Shown: in pieces, positions 39,442 to 54,332 of the stretch
Layout of the letters: the number at the start of each line of letters is the position of its first letter
Position numbering within the stretch: the stretch's first letter is position 1
Assembly: GCF_000181795.1 (NCBI RefSeq)
Contig: NW_003526941.1
Span: 1,061,844 to 1,125,843, forward strand
From: Trichinella spiralis
Lineage: Eukaryota
Length of the DNA stretch: 64,000 bases
Reading direction: 5' to 3'
The notes under the pieces: generated by a model
What the model was told of the DNA's origin: nothing
Seen by the model: the letters and a program-made list of their open reading frames with translations, nothing else
Database searches by the model: none
Translations under genes and position numbers: made by a program

Positions 39442-42400
39442 GTTAGCCAAAAAATTCTGTGCTAAAATTAAATCACTGATGCACTAACAAGTAAAAGAAA
39501 TATGCTGAATCCAAAATCACACCGTCAACAGTACTAAAATTACAAACAATACTGCGCTGTAATGTAAAGGGACTAAAAAAAGAGTATAAAATTTCAATTT
39601 ATTACAGCAACAGAACAAACTACAGGCCAACTTATAAATCAATTTGTAAGAAAAATTACGATAAATAAAAAAATATCAAAAAATCTTACCGTCACCGATC
39701 AGATTGAAAAAAATTTAAAACACAATAAAACAACACCGCAGACAATAGTTCCCTTCAACACCGGTAGCACTTGAAATGATACTCAACAGCGCAACAGAAT
39801 GATAATTGTTACATAATAATAATCAAGTACAAATTTATATCGTAAGGAAAAATATGCGTTAATAGTTTTCAATGAATAAGGTTCTCAATTCAAATAAAAA
39901 GCATCTTATTAAGTGCAAACATCATGTGAATATATCGTGTGAAAGTACATTTGAAACTGCTAGCGGTAAAACTAGATGAAAAATAATATTATGTAAATAA
40001 ACAAAAAACGCAATTATAATAACAGTTTAAATAATAAACGCTAAAGTCACATTCCAATTTTATTATGAATCACTGTTCGTTATTAGTAAGAAAATTCATA
40101 CTACAATCATACGCATGCATACAGTTAATTAATACCTCATTTTTAAATTAAATACAGTCTGTTTAGTTGGTGAAAAAATTATTCTTTTATTAAAACAATA
40201 GTGTTTAAAAATATATGTGTAGATTTGAAAATTAAACTTTAACAATAGTAGTAAAATAAGAATTGTTTTACGAATAATGAATAAAATTTAGTAATATTGA
40301 ATAAGTATGGTCGGTGTTCAATGAATAGCAAATTTTGCTGTTATGTTTATATTATTTTGAATATTGTTCATAATTGATGGTTGGAGAGACTTGTCTGGTT
40401 TGGTTTTTCGCTTTCGCATGCGTCGTCGACAATTTTATTATTCAAATGAATGGTTATTTGAAAATTTGACGGCATCAGAATGAACGTAAAACGCTTTCCA
40501 TGTATAATTTCCATGACAACGTCGGCTACTATGGAAGCCGTCCGGTTCCGTGAGACGTGCATTTCAAGCTTATTCTGTTTTACTCCAATTGTAAGCCATA
40601 TGTGCACAGTGTAAAATGCAGTGTAGCTGCTGTGCACGTGCTCGCATGCGTGGCGTTCTAATTGATTGATCGAAATGGTCAGACCTAGAAGGAGGCAGGT
40701 GCGCCGCTGGTTCTCAGAGTATGCTTATCGATTCCAAGCGGCTGTCTATGTTTAAAATGATCACGACGGTGCAATTCTATTGGATGTTGATTGATTATGC
40801 GATCAGCCACGGGGGCAGTACAGTGTAGCCAGTCAACCGTGATCACAATTTCATTTCACATGTACGAGACGGGAGAACGCAAAATACAAGATGGGCAAGG
40901 GTGGAAAATGCGAAAATAGAACAGAAAAGCAAGGCAAAAATGAAAAACAAAATCCTGAATCATCACATTGCTAATGTTTGGCAAGCTTTAATGATTCAAA
41001 CGCGCAGCTTGCTCGGCGCAATTGGTCAATAAAGAACAGACAACGTCGAGAGTAATTGGCGGCAAAATTGGGCGCCGCAGGCTTCTGATGATCATGTACG
41101 TCTGAGCAGCACGCTTCTTCGCCATTTTGACTCTTCCGGCTTTCAGACTAGCTTTCACACATACATGCCTACATACGTATGTGCGTCCATACATAAATAC
41201 GTACGTATGTACTTACATATAGGCGCACCTCGGATATAAATGTTAGGCCGTTGTTCTTCGCTCTCGATGCTTTTCAAATTGTCAATAAAATCGATGTTGA
41301 AGAGAAGCAGCAATAAGTCGGCGCCTGCCAGCGCCAGCGCATCCAAGCAGATTACTTCTTCCGCGCTAATAGCGCAGCACGGCTTCCAAAGTTCACACTG
41401 CTTTTCCCTTTCAAACGCACAGCATCCATCATTTAGCTAGTTAGCAGCTGAGTTGGTCGTCTTCGTTGTTGTCATGTTGCTTTTCAGAATTTACTATATT
41501 CATAATTTACAATTGTCCGTTCATTGACATTTGATTTATTCTTTATTGTGATTGTTTTCATATTTAACCTTGATTTTCATCTAACTGAAAGTTCAAATTA
41601 CAGTAAATAATAACTAATGTATATTTTTGAAATTAAATATTTATGTTTACTTCGCGAGGAGAAACATTTTTGCAAATCAACAACAACAACAACAACAACA
41701 ACAACAACCAAATACAACATGATGAATATTATCTTCATTAACATCAAGGTTTCATCTTATACATATATATATATATATATATATATATCCAGCTGTGGTT
41801 AATGGCAACGCAGCCTAGCTGCGCCGTGAGCCGGAAACAGCTGCTCGCGTGAGCCTGATAAGCCGTCCAAGCAGGCACCAATGTAACTCTTCTATTGAAC
41901 TCAATGATATAAATACAATAATCAATACCGAATTTTTCACCCGCTAGTGGTCAAATTTTCTGATCAGTCAGTACATATTGAATTAATTCATCATTACATT
42001 TCAAACATAGAATGCAGCTTTGTGTTCATAAATTGTTTTGTTTTTCAATTTTAGCTTAATGAAAAAACTATTTACAATATTTATTTAAATTTTAATTTAA
42101 AAAAACTTTTTCTCAAAACTGCACTCATTCTTTGCTGTATGTATTCATTCATAAACGTGCAAATGTGAGCAAGTAAGTAAAAGTAAGCTTGTACATGAAT
42201 GTGTGTGTGTGTGCGTTGAAGATGCATAAGCAAGCGCTCAGAAGTTGCTGCAATCTGCCCTGATTTGGACGAGCGCGAACAAATTGACGCCACAACCCTC
42301 CAAGGATAGCTAAATGGAAATTGAAAACGTCGGACATGGAAATATGCGTGCAGCTTGTGACAGCTGAAAAATCAATACAAGCAGAACATGCGGGCCGATT

Positions 42401-42747
42401 CACAGGCACGCTTTTGCACATGACGCTTTTCATTAACGATCCTCCGTCTCTTTCTTGTCAGGCCGACTAAAAACTCGCCACACAGTTGAACACCAAACCA
42501 GAAGATCAAACAAAAAACTGTTCCCCATGAAAAGCCAAAAACAACAAAGCAAATAAATAAATAAATAAATAAACAACACACCCTCGATGAAATCCACTTT
42601 CAATTTTTTTTGCATTTCTAAGCCAAATATACAAAAAAAATATTTTCCCAAAAAATTTCCTTTGTTTTACACATCTATAGATGTTGAAATGCTTGCTTCT
42701 TTCCACATCTCTTTTACCATACAGCTTATAACAACTTATAGCAATCG

Positions 42748-42748
<1 letters not shown>

Positions 42749-42794
<46 letters not shown>
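42749..42794. repeat. (TA)n microsatellite
   Basis: Direct reading. Confidence 0.9.
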
Positions 42795-42795
<1 letters not shown>

Positions 42796-45700
42796 CCACA
42801 TTCGATCAACATTGATCGAAACACAAACCGCCATTTTACGTCACCTTGACCTGAATTTATCCAATTTCATCGTAAGCGATTATGGTAAATTGAATTTTTC
42901 TTTTTATTCTTATTCTTTAATATTGAAAAAAGAAGAAGAAAGCCGCTTTTTCTCAAGTGCTCATTTTCGACGACTCGCTATTGAAAAAATAATAATTATA
43001 ATAATAATAATAATGAAATTCTTCTTCCTAGAAGCATTAACAACAAACTACATAACAACAGCAACGATGATAATAATAATAATAATAAATATTATTAATA
43101 ATAACAGATGTCTAAACAATGCTAGTGCAGTGTAGTAGAAATCAGATCTGTCGATAACAGTTTCCAGTTCCAGCAAGCTGATTGAATGCTATGCTGATAT
43201 GGGCTAGCTTCATTTTTCAATGAATGAGAATCATTGTTGGGTGTTGTTGTTGTTGCTTCTGCTTTTTCTTATAGCTGCTGTTGCTGCTGCTGCTGTTGAC
43301 CAGTTGCGTTCTTGAAATTACACTTTCAGATGAAAAGAAAAAGGAAAAAATGAAACAGCATAAATCTTCAACTCTCCATTTGCCATGCGCATTTATATTT
43401 ATAAATTTGAACACACTTCAATTTCAATAACTGAACAGAAGAAGCATGCGCTTGGACTAGCGCGGCTGACGCTGCAATTTCCAGCCAGATGTATATGTGT
43501 GTGTATCCATTCGCCTGCTTCGCCTCCATTAATTAGCTTTACACTTGTTACACTTTTCCAAAATGAAGCTTGGTTAAAAAAAATTTCCACAAATAATTTT
43601 ACATCAATCTTCTTATCCAAATATAGGGAGAGCATTATTGTTATTGTGATTATTATTATTACTGTTGTTGTGATTATTCAAATTTCCAAAAAAAAATGCA
43701 TCTCAAGCTCGTCGCTTGAAAAGATAAAAAAAGACAGTTTTGTTGCTAGTTATCGATCACTGTTGTTGATGTTGTTGCATGTTTGAAAAATCGTGACGAC
43801 TGCAATTCTAATTTTATACAAGCAAAACAATCAAACCAATTGAACCAGCAAAACATCAAAGCTAATAAATTTGAAAATTAAAAAAAAATTTCCAATCAAC
43901 AACAACACGCTATAGAATAATACACTATAAATGATGATGACGACGACGATGCGTCGATGAGGAGGATGTATGTTGTAAAATTGTTCGCAAGGTCTGAAAT
44001 TAAGCAAAATACAAATAGACAATTTTTGAAAGCTGGAAAATAAAGCTGAAAGAGAATGATAGAAATTATTTTGCATAGCTGGCCGTTCGTATGCATGTAT
44101 GTATGTATGTTTGTTTGTTTATTTGCCTCCTGAAATTTAGTTCGTACGCGCGCGTCAATGGAGTAACAAGTAGATGCAGCAGTGCTTGCGCTACATGACC
44201 TTTTCGCCCCGAGTAACTTATATCTATCTATCTAGCCGGCTAGCAGCGTTGAAATTTGAATTGAAACGCGCATCCAAAACCAGCGCAGCGAACAATTAGT
44301 TCGGTCGTCTATGGCCAATGTTCAAATATTGAAAATATCCCGCAAACTGACTTCCTGATGATGATGGCAATGAATCACACCAACATCACACACCATCAGC
44401 CCAGCTGAGCAGTGCCGGGGAACAATAATCTGCAGCAGCAGCACTTGCACACTAAGCTAAAGCTGGCTGAATATATGCATTTATTCGACGGGATTTTTAT
44501 TGACAAGCTCTTGGCTGCGCGAACGCGTTTGTCAATCAGTACAAATTTGCAAAGCCGGCCAGAGGAGTCGGCCCAGGCTACGATAGATCGAGAGGACAGT
44601 GAATGAAATTACGGCCGACGGAAAAGCGGTCCGATTCTTTTCTTTCAATTAACTCGAACATGACAACAGAATGAATGTTCAATGCCACACCCGAGGCGCG
44701 CATCCACCGTTTAACTATACTACTAACAACAACTGCCAACCAATGTTAAAGAAAGAAAGAAACTGCTTCAACAAAAATATGACTACTTTGAACAGCATTC
44801 AATAAACAATAATCATTATAATAAAGCGACACTTTCCTAGAGTTTCTTTCTCACATGAATACACAAAATAGACTAAAAAGCAGCAGTTATTTTTAAAATG
44901 TTCTTTCTTTCTTTCTTTTTTGTTAAAATTTCCAAAAAAAAAAAACAAATAAAATCATCCCCCTTTCAAGATATATTATTATTATATACACGTGTATATA
45001 GGCACACATGTGTGCGCATCATGCATGCGCGAACAAGTAAGTATAATATTATATATAGTCGTTGGTTGTTAGCAATCGTTCTATTCTTTGAGCGCCACTT
45101 TTCCAATCAAATCCTCTTTCTTGCAGTCCTGCTGACGTCAGTCATATAATTGAGACGTGCGTTTCAACTTATATCTCTCCCTCTCGCGCTGCTATATAGC
45201 TCGCCACAAAGCAGGCGGCGCCCAATCAGAGACGAATCGCTTTTTGTTGTTGCCTCGACGGGCCAGGGAGTGGACAAACAGCGCGCACAGCCAAAAGCTA
45301 ACCGAAATAATAAATGATGAAGCAAAATTAAAAATCAACCAACCAAACAAACAAACAAACAGAAAAGAAGAGAAGAAAAATAAAGTTGAAGAATTTTCAC
45401 GATGAAATAGATAAATAAATATGGCGAAAAACGTTTAATTCAGTTATAAATCTCAACAAGGCATACACAAACGTACAAGACAAAAAGATAATGCTCCGAA
45501 CGAAAAGAAAAAAAATGAAGAGCAAAAACAAACCAAAAAGAGAGAGAGAGACAGAAGATGATAAAAAAGAGGAAAAACTTCAAATATATATAATGTCATT
45601 CTAGACGGTTAAATGCAAAATACGGCCATCAGCAGTACGAAAATAGAAGATTTTTTTTTAAAAAGTCAGGCATGTGCAACACCACTGGCTGCGTGCCTCA

Positions 45701-46129
45701 ACAACATATAATAATGTGAATGATCAACACCGTCGAAGGAAAAACTGCCTCCTCTGGTCAGAAACAACAGCCCAAACTTCAAATCTCATCACTTTTCCCA
45801 AATGCATTTACGATTAAAATAGCATTTTGTTTGTTTGTTTGTTTGTCCGTTTTGAAAAGCGTCGTCCATTTACGTACAAATAAAAGGAGCATAACAAAAA
45901 CAATAACGACTCATTGTAACAGTAAAAAATGTTTTTTTGCGCTTCAACACACTAAGATATTAGTAATAATAATCAATGGAGCGAGCAGTAGAAAAAAAAC
46001 AGCGCCAAGGCCCAAAATTGAACGTTTATCATTGTTACAGAAGGAGCAAAAGAGAAATGAGTGAGAGAAGAGAAAAACGCATTTTCATGCCGCGCGCAAA
46101 AGGGAACAGGGGGTGGGGAGGGGCAGATG

Positions 46130-46885
46130 GGAAGAGAGAGCAAGCGAAAGAGATACAGATACAGAGAAATAGAGAACAGACAGAAAGAGAGAGAGAAAGG
46201 GGGAAGGGGAATATGTGTGCGGAACATAACACAGGGACAGACAGACGGACGGTGGAGCAAATCGATTCCTATGGAAATTGAATGGCAGAGACTAGAACGC
46301 AGAGAGACAGAGAGAGAGAGAGAAAGACACAAACAGAGAGAGATAAAGTAATAATATACATAGACAATAGAGAAAAAAGGAATGAATAATAACAAAAATA
46401 TATAGACTAGCAGTTTTTGTCAAATTTTGGGCTCGAGGCTCATTTAAATCTCGAGACTGCATTTCATCTGATGTTAAAAGTGAAACAGACTCGTCTACAC
46501 TCAGAACACATTAAAGTTATATGTTATTTTTAAAAAAATGAATAAAAATAACGTAAATGCAAAAACAAAAAAGCCAATATGAGAGAGTAAGAGGAAGAGA
46601 GAGGGGAGGGGGGAAGAGAAAAAGAAAAAAAATCAGAGAAACAGAGAGCGAGTAAGAATGTGCGTGTGGAGAGAACAAGCAAACTGCAACGCGTACCGAA
46701 GAAAATCGATCGAAAGCTGAATGGCGGACGCGAATGAAAACGCATATTTGAGTAAATTGGCAGTACGACACACCACATATACACATAAAAACTGAGAGAA
46801 ACAGAAAGAGAGAGAGAGAGAGAGAAGGAGAGGGAGACGGGAAAAGAGAGAGAGAGAGAAAGAGTAAGTGTGTGTGTGTGTGCGT
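46130..46885. repeat. Low-complexity GA/purine-rich tracts downstream of gpb-1, possibly in a long 3' UTR
   Basis: Multiple (GA)n and (GT)n runs. Confidence 0.7.
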
Positions 46886-47618
46886 AAAAGCAAAAGAAAA
46901 TGAATATTCTCTACAGCGAAAAATTATCATCACAATTTTCATATTTTAAAAAGAAAAACAACATAATCTGTACAAATTCAAAAGATGAAAGAACAACATT
47001 TGGAAAAAGAAAAAAAATTTTTGTTCTTCTAACTATAAACATATGCACTCATAGAACTCTATAAATGGAAAGCAATTCAACAAGCCTCATGCGATCGATG
47101 AGCCGAGAAATGATGACTTCAAAACACGTAGTATATAGCTAGAAAGACTTTTGCACAGAGAAAATGAAAAAAAATTACTTTGACCACCGCAATTGATAAA
47201 AAGTAAAATCTACTGCCGCCGTCAGATGTTGTTAGCATTCGATATACATATGAATTTCACGTCACATGCAAAACTTGAACAATAAAAGAACTGTCGAAGA
47301 AGGGAGCAATAGAATAGAAAAGAAAAAGAAAAAAGCTGCGTCGTCGAACAAAAATACAAAATGAGCAGCAACAGCAGCAGCATTCACAAACAATGTACAG
47401 TTTGTAAAAATTAAAATTAGACGCCTTTCTTCTTTTAAATTCCCCTGGCTTTTTTATATGTCTCTCCTTCTCCCTCACTTTTCTCTTTCTCTCTCTCTCT
47501 CTTTCTCTTATTGAATAATAAAATGAAAATAGATTATACTACACAAAATATGAAAAAAGATCACAGACACATACTGTCGCTTTGTGGTGCTGCGTGCAGA
47601 AGAAGACTGTTCTGTCGG

Positions 47619-48730
47619 TTAGTTCCAAATTTTGAGAAAACTATCCCAAGAGCCTGTGCAGACGGCCATTCCATCTTCGGTGACGCCAAGGCAGCTGACG
47701 CGATTGTCGTGACCAGCCAACACGCCGGAGCGTTCTTGCTGCATGCTATCCCAGACGTTGCAGTTGAAGTCGTCGTAGCCGGCAAAAAGAAGCCGGCCAG
47801 ACTTGCTGAAAGCGACCGACGTTATACCGCAGATGATGTTGTCGTGGGAATACATGGCCAACTCTTGGTCGGCTCGAATGTCGAACAGGCGACAAGTGGC
47901 GTCGTCGGAGCCAGTGGCAAATGCGAAACCGTTCGGAAAGAACGCCACCGCATTGATATCCGACTCGTGGCCAGGGAACGTCTGCTTGCACATGCCGTCG
48001 CGTATGTCCCACAGCTTTGCCGACGCGTCGCAGGCGCCGGAGACAAACGTACGCATATCCGGCGACAGGCTCAGCGACATCACATCGCCCGTGTGACCAG
48101 TGAAGGCAGTGCACTGCTGACCTGTCTCGATATCCCAAAGTGCGCTGTTGAGGAAAAAGCGGTGAAAAATTAATAAGTTAAAAGTAGAAGAATAACAACA
48201 GTGAAAAAAAAACAATTTTCACAATTTCCTCACCATGTCATATCGCCACTAGAGGTGACAATCTGATTGTCGTCCAGAAAGCGACAGCAGGAGAGATAGC
48301 CGGTGTGGCCGGGTAGTTCGCGCGAGACCCGGACGTTGCCTTCGCGCGTTTTCAGCGAGTAAATGCTGCAAATATTGTCCAGTCCTCCGCAGGCGACGTA
48401 GTTACCACTGGGCGCGTAGGCGCAGGTCATCACCCAGCTGCTGCGCAACGGGATCGCGTGCACTTTGTTCGTCGTGTAAGAATCCCAGACAATTAGCTTG
48501 CCGTCCTGGCTAGCTGAGACCAAATTCCGGCTGTCCGTTGCCCAGTGCATGGCGTAAATTTTGGCCAAATGGCCACGCAAAGTGCGCCTGGTGCGCATCT
48601 GAATCCGACCGATCGGCTCCATCGATGCCGCAACCGCGGCCAGGGTAGTGTCGTTGGCCGCTTTGCGCGCCTCACGGATTTGACTTTTCAACTGCTCTGC
48701 CTCTTGGCGCAGCGCTTCCAGTTCGCTCAT
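47619..48730 (-). CDS. gpb-1: Heterotrimeric G protein beta subunit 1, 340 aa. Exons 48234-48730 and 47619-48144
   Basis: Matches canonical G-beta-1 throughout ([15 protein letters not shown]...[15 protein letters not shown]...[11 protein letters not shown]); one phase-2 intron restores SSGDMTCALWD. Confidence 0.99.
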
Positions 48731-51700
48731 GATTTATACTAATTTTCCAGCGAAACACACACAGACACACACACTCCAGCTAGGCTAGCTAGCTAGGAAT
48801 TAAACCACACCGTTGTTGGGTGCGGGCAAGGCTCCCAAGCACGCTCTTCTTCCTTATCTTCGTCTACTTCGATGTAGCTTCTTCAGCTGCTCAATGGATG
48901 TTTATTTCTCTTTTTTTTTATTTTTCTTCTTCTCGATTTCTTCTCTATCTCTACCAACCACTCTCGCTCTATCTCTACAATCCTCGGTCTCGGTGTTTGT
49001 CTCTATGTCTGACTCACGTCTTCTTCTTCTTCTTTGATGCTTCACAACAATCTGCTTTTGTTCCAAAACAGCGCGCTTTTCAGCTTGTTCGCTTGCTTGT
49101 TCACTTTCGCCTTGAAAAGCTGCTGCTTTTTTCAAAAAAACAAATAAACAAGAAAACAAAAACACTGCTCAAGTGCTCAAAGCCGACTACACAGGGCAAA
49201 GCAGACCGCTCTACGGAACGTGTGTAAACGCGCGCGGTGACTGCTACACTCCTCGGCGACCGGCACGGCGTCGGCTTGGATACATCGGCGCGAGAGAGAA
49301 AGAGCAAAAAAAAGAAGAAGCCGGCGCTTCAGACGCGGCCGGCGGATCTCCGGCGTTCACAAAGACCTGCAACGTGATAGGGCCGCACAGCGGTCGCCGC
49401 ACGATGACGATGTTTTCCCATTTAATAACTTGAACGTCAATATACTGTAATGTTCAATTTCGTCGATAACACTTCATTTGCAATTTAATTTTTTTGATTG
49501 CATAAAAATGTTCTATATTTTTATCTGTACCTATTTTAAGCTTTTTAACTTTTCATTTCTATTTAAATTTTTCCATTCAATTTTAACAATCAGGATACTG
49601 TAATAATACAAATTGACATTTTACTGGGTGAAAAAAGTAATTGTTCAGAACATTCTCACCTTTAAATTATAAATAAAATTTACTTGTCGAGTTTTTCAAT
49701 AAGATATGCTTTTTTATTTATTTATTTAAATCAACTTTAAGTTAAATTGTTCAACTTGTTTACAAAGTAGGAGTAGAATTAAATCAGTTAAAAGAATACA
49801 ATTTGTTTTGATTTTATCCATTTTCGTAAATTTTAAACTTTCGCTGAAGTAAATCAAACACCGTAGTTTTCAATCAACTTGGTTGACTGTAATTTCGAGC
49901 TATTATTTGCATCGTGAAAATCAAGCGTTATTGATGTGAAACTTCTTTTTCTGTTGCAAAAGTTCAAGTTGATGTTAAAAGATTTTTCTTTTATTTTTAG
50001 TTTTGCTTTTTTCTAATTTTATTGACAGCTGAAACTGCATTTGAAGAAAAAAAATTATTCATAGATTATGAACGAAAAACGTACGACAATTCCAACCAAT
50101 CGATTTGTGATTGAGTAGTGGATGCTTTTGGATGTTGTTTGCAACAAGAGTAGCGCGACGTTTCTCGCCGGGCTTTGAATCGATTACAATTTTTGAAAGC
50201 TCGTAACGTTCAACGAGCGTATATCAATGTGCGGTTTTTATTTCTACTAACCCACATCTGTTTACGTAAACGATACAATTGAAATGTCGTTTTTTGTCTT
50301 AGTTGAGGTGATAACGTTGAATTGACAGCAGAAATGATTAAACGACCTTCTAAATATCGACATTTTCCACTGCGTCACTCAAACACATGAATCACATCTT
50401 TCCCAAAATTACTGTAAATAATTTTTAAAAAAGCACGAGCAAAGTACAAATGCACCTAATATTCAAATACCAAATACATGCATATGCAGATGTTAATAAG
50501 AAAAATACAGCATATTATGATAATGCAGCACTTACCTTTGTTCACATTCAACGTTTGTGACATCCAAAGAACAATTTGAATTATTACAGTATACCTATTT
50601 TAATTGATAAATTTTTATCTAATTTAGAAAAGGAAAAAGAAAGATAAATTTATAGAAGATATCAAGATTTTTCTGTTTAAAAGAATAAATTATAAAAAAA
50701 ACGGCTTGCTTTACAATTAGTAGGCCATTTTTCTGTTACAGTCAAGTAGTGATTATTTTCAACTTTTCACTGTAAGAACATTTTTTAAATTTTGAACTGT
50801 TTCACTTTTTGTTCTGTTGAAGAAAGAAGAAAAAGTTAACATGAACCATAATAATATTATTAATAGTAATGATAATAATGGGACAACAATTGCTACGTGT
50901 GTGTTCTGAAGATCATCGACGAGCAGTTGCTGTTGCGTCAGAGGACACTTTGACCGAATTTTTTTAAACGACATCGGGTCATCTAGTGCTTGTTGATAGC
51001 CAATTATTTTTTGTGTCAACAACAGTCAACAGGGGGGGTCGAAATAAAAATGGTCTTTTTCTTCCGGACAATTGACAAGCACAAAAGTGAAACATGAAAA
51101 GAAGAAAGCAGAGTAAATACGACCTGCCACTTTGCCCCCCCCCTACAATGCTTTCATGTAGTAAAAATAAAAATGTATCCTTTGCTTGTATCAATTTTCT
51201 TTTCCGCATTATAAATCAGAAAAAAAGTGAAATTTCAAATTATCACACACAAACACAAATAACAGTTTACCCATGCACATCCAGCTTTCACAGTTAATTG
51301 AAATTGGGTTTAAAGTATTCTTTTCTTTTGTAAATAATTGCAAAATTCCCAACAAATACAATGGAATAATAACTATTATTGACATCAAGTGGAAGATTGG
51401 TGAAAATTTTTTACGCAAGCTAAACTCGTCAGTGGAAGAATTGAACCGTGGACGTCTTGAAACGCGACTCCGTCGTTCATTCAATATGCAAACATGGCAC
51501 AAGCTTTTGTTTCATGCCAAAAATGTGCACGCGGCAACCTTTGGCAGCTTTATCAACAGACCCAGGGCACGTTTGGCCATTTTGCAACGCAATATCCGAC
51601 CGGGTCGTCGACGTTTTCACAATTGAAATTGCAATTGTCAATTTTTCAATTCAATTTTCACCTTGATATTTCTAGCTTTGTTTGTTTAAAGCATGCTGGT

Positions 51701-54332
51701 TTTTATTCTTTTCCGAGGAAGTGCAAAAATTCCATTTCCAATTATTCCCACCAAAAAAGGAAGAAGATTCACGTCCAAGCACAGTCGGCGGCTATGCTGG
51801 GTTCTAGCAAAGAACAGATTATATTTGGTTCAACAGTATTTTTCAAAAGTCTATTTAAACTGAGACATAAGTGTGGAATAATAATTAATTTTTACTTAAA
51901 AAATAATTACTTTTAAGAATTATTCTTAACCGTTATTTTTTTACGATAGCGCCAATTGTGCTAATTAGGTATTCAAAAAGAAAACTGTTTCTTAAAAAAT
52001 AAAATAAATCAATATTACTATTTTTTAAATTAAAAAATAAAAATTTTTTTAATCGGGATCATTTCAGTTTTTTTAAATGAATGAAAATAGTTCATCAGCA
52101 ACAATTAATTGCTTTTCAACAATTGCTCAGTATGGATGTTTATCAAAGTAAATAAATTTTCAATTAAAAATTAACCATGCGGTAAATACTAAAGAATAAA
52201 AAAATTTTTTTCTTTTCTCATTATCATGTGATAATTGAATTTATCAATCAAGTTGATTAATGAATACAGTAAAAATTTACTGTAAATAAATGTAATTCAA
52301 AAAAAGAAGAGTCAGTGGCCACGTAGCGTTTTTGAAAAAGTGTCTGTTCAATTTTCAATGTACCAAATGTCGAGTATGCAGGTGCGTGAATGTGTCCCGA
52401 TTTCGCAGTTCATCATTTGCCATTCAACAGCGTTCGTTTTCCAAATTTATTCATACCAAAGCGAGTAAGTATGGAAAAATTAACAAAGCGTTGCTATTAA
52501 TAATTACGGTCAATTATTTGTCATTATGATCGATTAAAATTTCAAAAATGTCTCACTTAATTAGGTCAAAAAATGAACTAAAAAATGTCAAATTTATTTT
52601 TGATTGTATTCACTGATTAGAGATGATAAATTTGGTAATGTTTTTTTGGTGAATAAGCGAAGAAGGGGAAATATTAATTTTTCATTCAATTATTGATGCG
52701 TTGGGATGTTTGGGTTGAAGATCAAATTTCTTGACCGTTTCGGCGGGACAAGATGTTTCTTGTCTTGCTTGTCTTCTTCCTCTGAGTTGGATCTGGTGAA
52801 TATGTTTTACAAGACAATTGTCAATTTTATTGCGACAACGCTGACACTTTCGGCTCGTTGCTTCTGCACAGACGGCTCGCACCGTTCACTTCATCATTCA
52901 CTAGACGATTACGGGCTTGGATAAAATCCGATTTTGATACGCTTGTTTGGCAACAATTTGTCCTACCCGACCCGGCTCATCCAACTGGAAACTGCCCGGC
53001 ACCTGTCCACTGTAGCCCACTCTTTTTCTTTATATACACATACATACATGCATGTATGTATTTTTTGAAATTCAAATTACAACGCCACGTGGGCGGGGTC
53101 TAGCTATGGCTCGTCCTTCATTTGGTCGACGATGACCGTTTGTTGGCCATTACGACCTGACAGCTGCAGTGCGACAATTAGCCGTCTATGAATAACGACC
53201 GGAAGATGCTTGTGATCGATCGGTAGACATTTCTGTAACATGGCAACTGATCAATGCCGAGCCAGTTCATGAAAAACTTTCATTCTATAGCAAATGTTAT
53301 TTTTACCGTTTGTTCTGTTCTGGTCTGTAGTAAAATTCATTTGCCTACAGCTTCGTGAAAATTATTCAAATCTGTACAATTTTCACAACATCTGCCTGCT
53401 GTCATTTGCGTATTTTACAATTCGTTCTAGTGGTACAAAATGAGCAATAGTTGCAAATCGTTATTTTATGCGATTATGTTACAATATTCAATATCTCTAA
53501 TTGGCTAATGTTGAGCGTTTCATATTATTAATTATTCCAAAGTCAACATCTGTCGCATCTTTTTGATCATTGTCGATTGAATATAATTGGAAGGGGTGGG
53601 GAAAGAGGAGGAAAATCAAAAAATTATGAAAATGCATAAAAAACCGGTCCTTTGTTCAAGTGGGCGTTGTTGTTGTAGTTGCCAGCCCAGCCAGTAGTAG
53701 TGATAGCAGTGTGCAGCATTCCAAAAAGTAAATTGTCAGTCGTATCATGACGGTTGCTGCTGACCCGTCTGGTGATGATTGGAATTTTTTGAGCATTTTA
53801 ACTGAGAATCAGCGTGCGTTGGTTGGTTGGTTGTTGTTTCTTTTGGCGTTTGGAAATTTGAATAATAATAAAAAACTTGATTTTCACTTTCATCACCAAT
53901 CATCGATTACCATCGACTGACTTGTCGGCCAAAAGTGAACCGCGGAATTGAGTGGGCGGCTTGGGGGTGAAAAGTGTTCAACGGTTGTGTGTGATTGGTC
54001 AATTGTCGGCCAAGGTGCCCGTCCGGCTACAGCGCACGTCACCTGGGCGACCGACCGCGCCGCAGCTCATTGCTTATTCCGGACCGATTGTGCATGCGCT
54101 TGCTTGTCCAAGGGGAAAAAGCGCTTCTGCTTTTCAGGCGATGATAAATTAATTCACTGTCGGCTTAATTGTCGCTTGTTGTTCGAAATTACAGAATCGA
54201 CCTTGATTATAATAGAGTCCGACTGCGGTTGTCCAGATTCGTCATCTTTTGCCTGTTTGTTTGTTTGTTTGTTTTCATTGGCTTTTCATCTTTTCTGTGT
54301 GTTTTTCCTCTTCATCCCTCTGGTACGGATCC

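Noticed and set aside
42372..47478. Many 60-180 aa ORFs
   Set aside because: Translations of TA, GA, CA and ATT repeats with no protein-like composition or splice support
47511..48173. 220-aa plus-strand ORF and other ORFs overlapping gpb-1
   Set aside because: Antisense shadows of a GC-rich coding sequence
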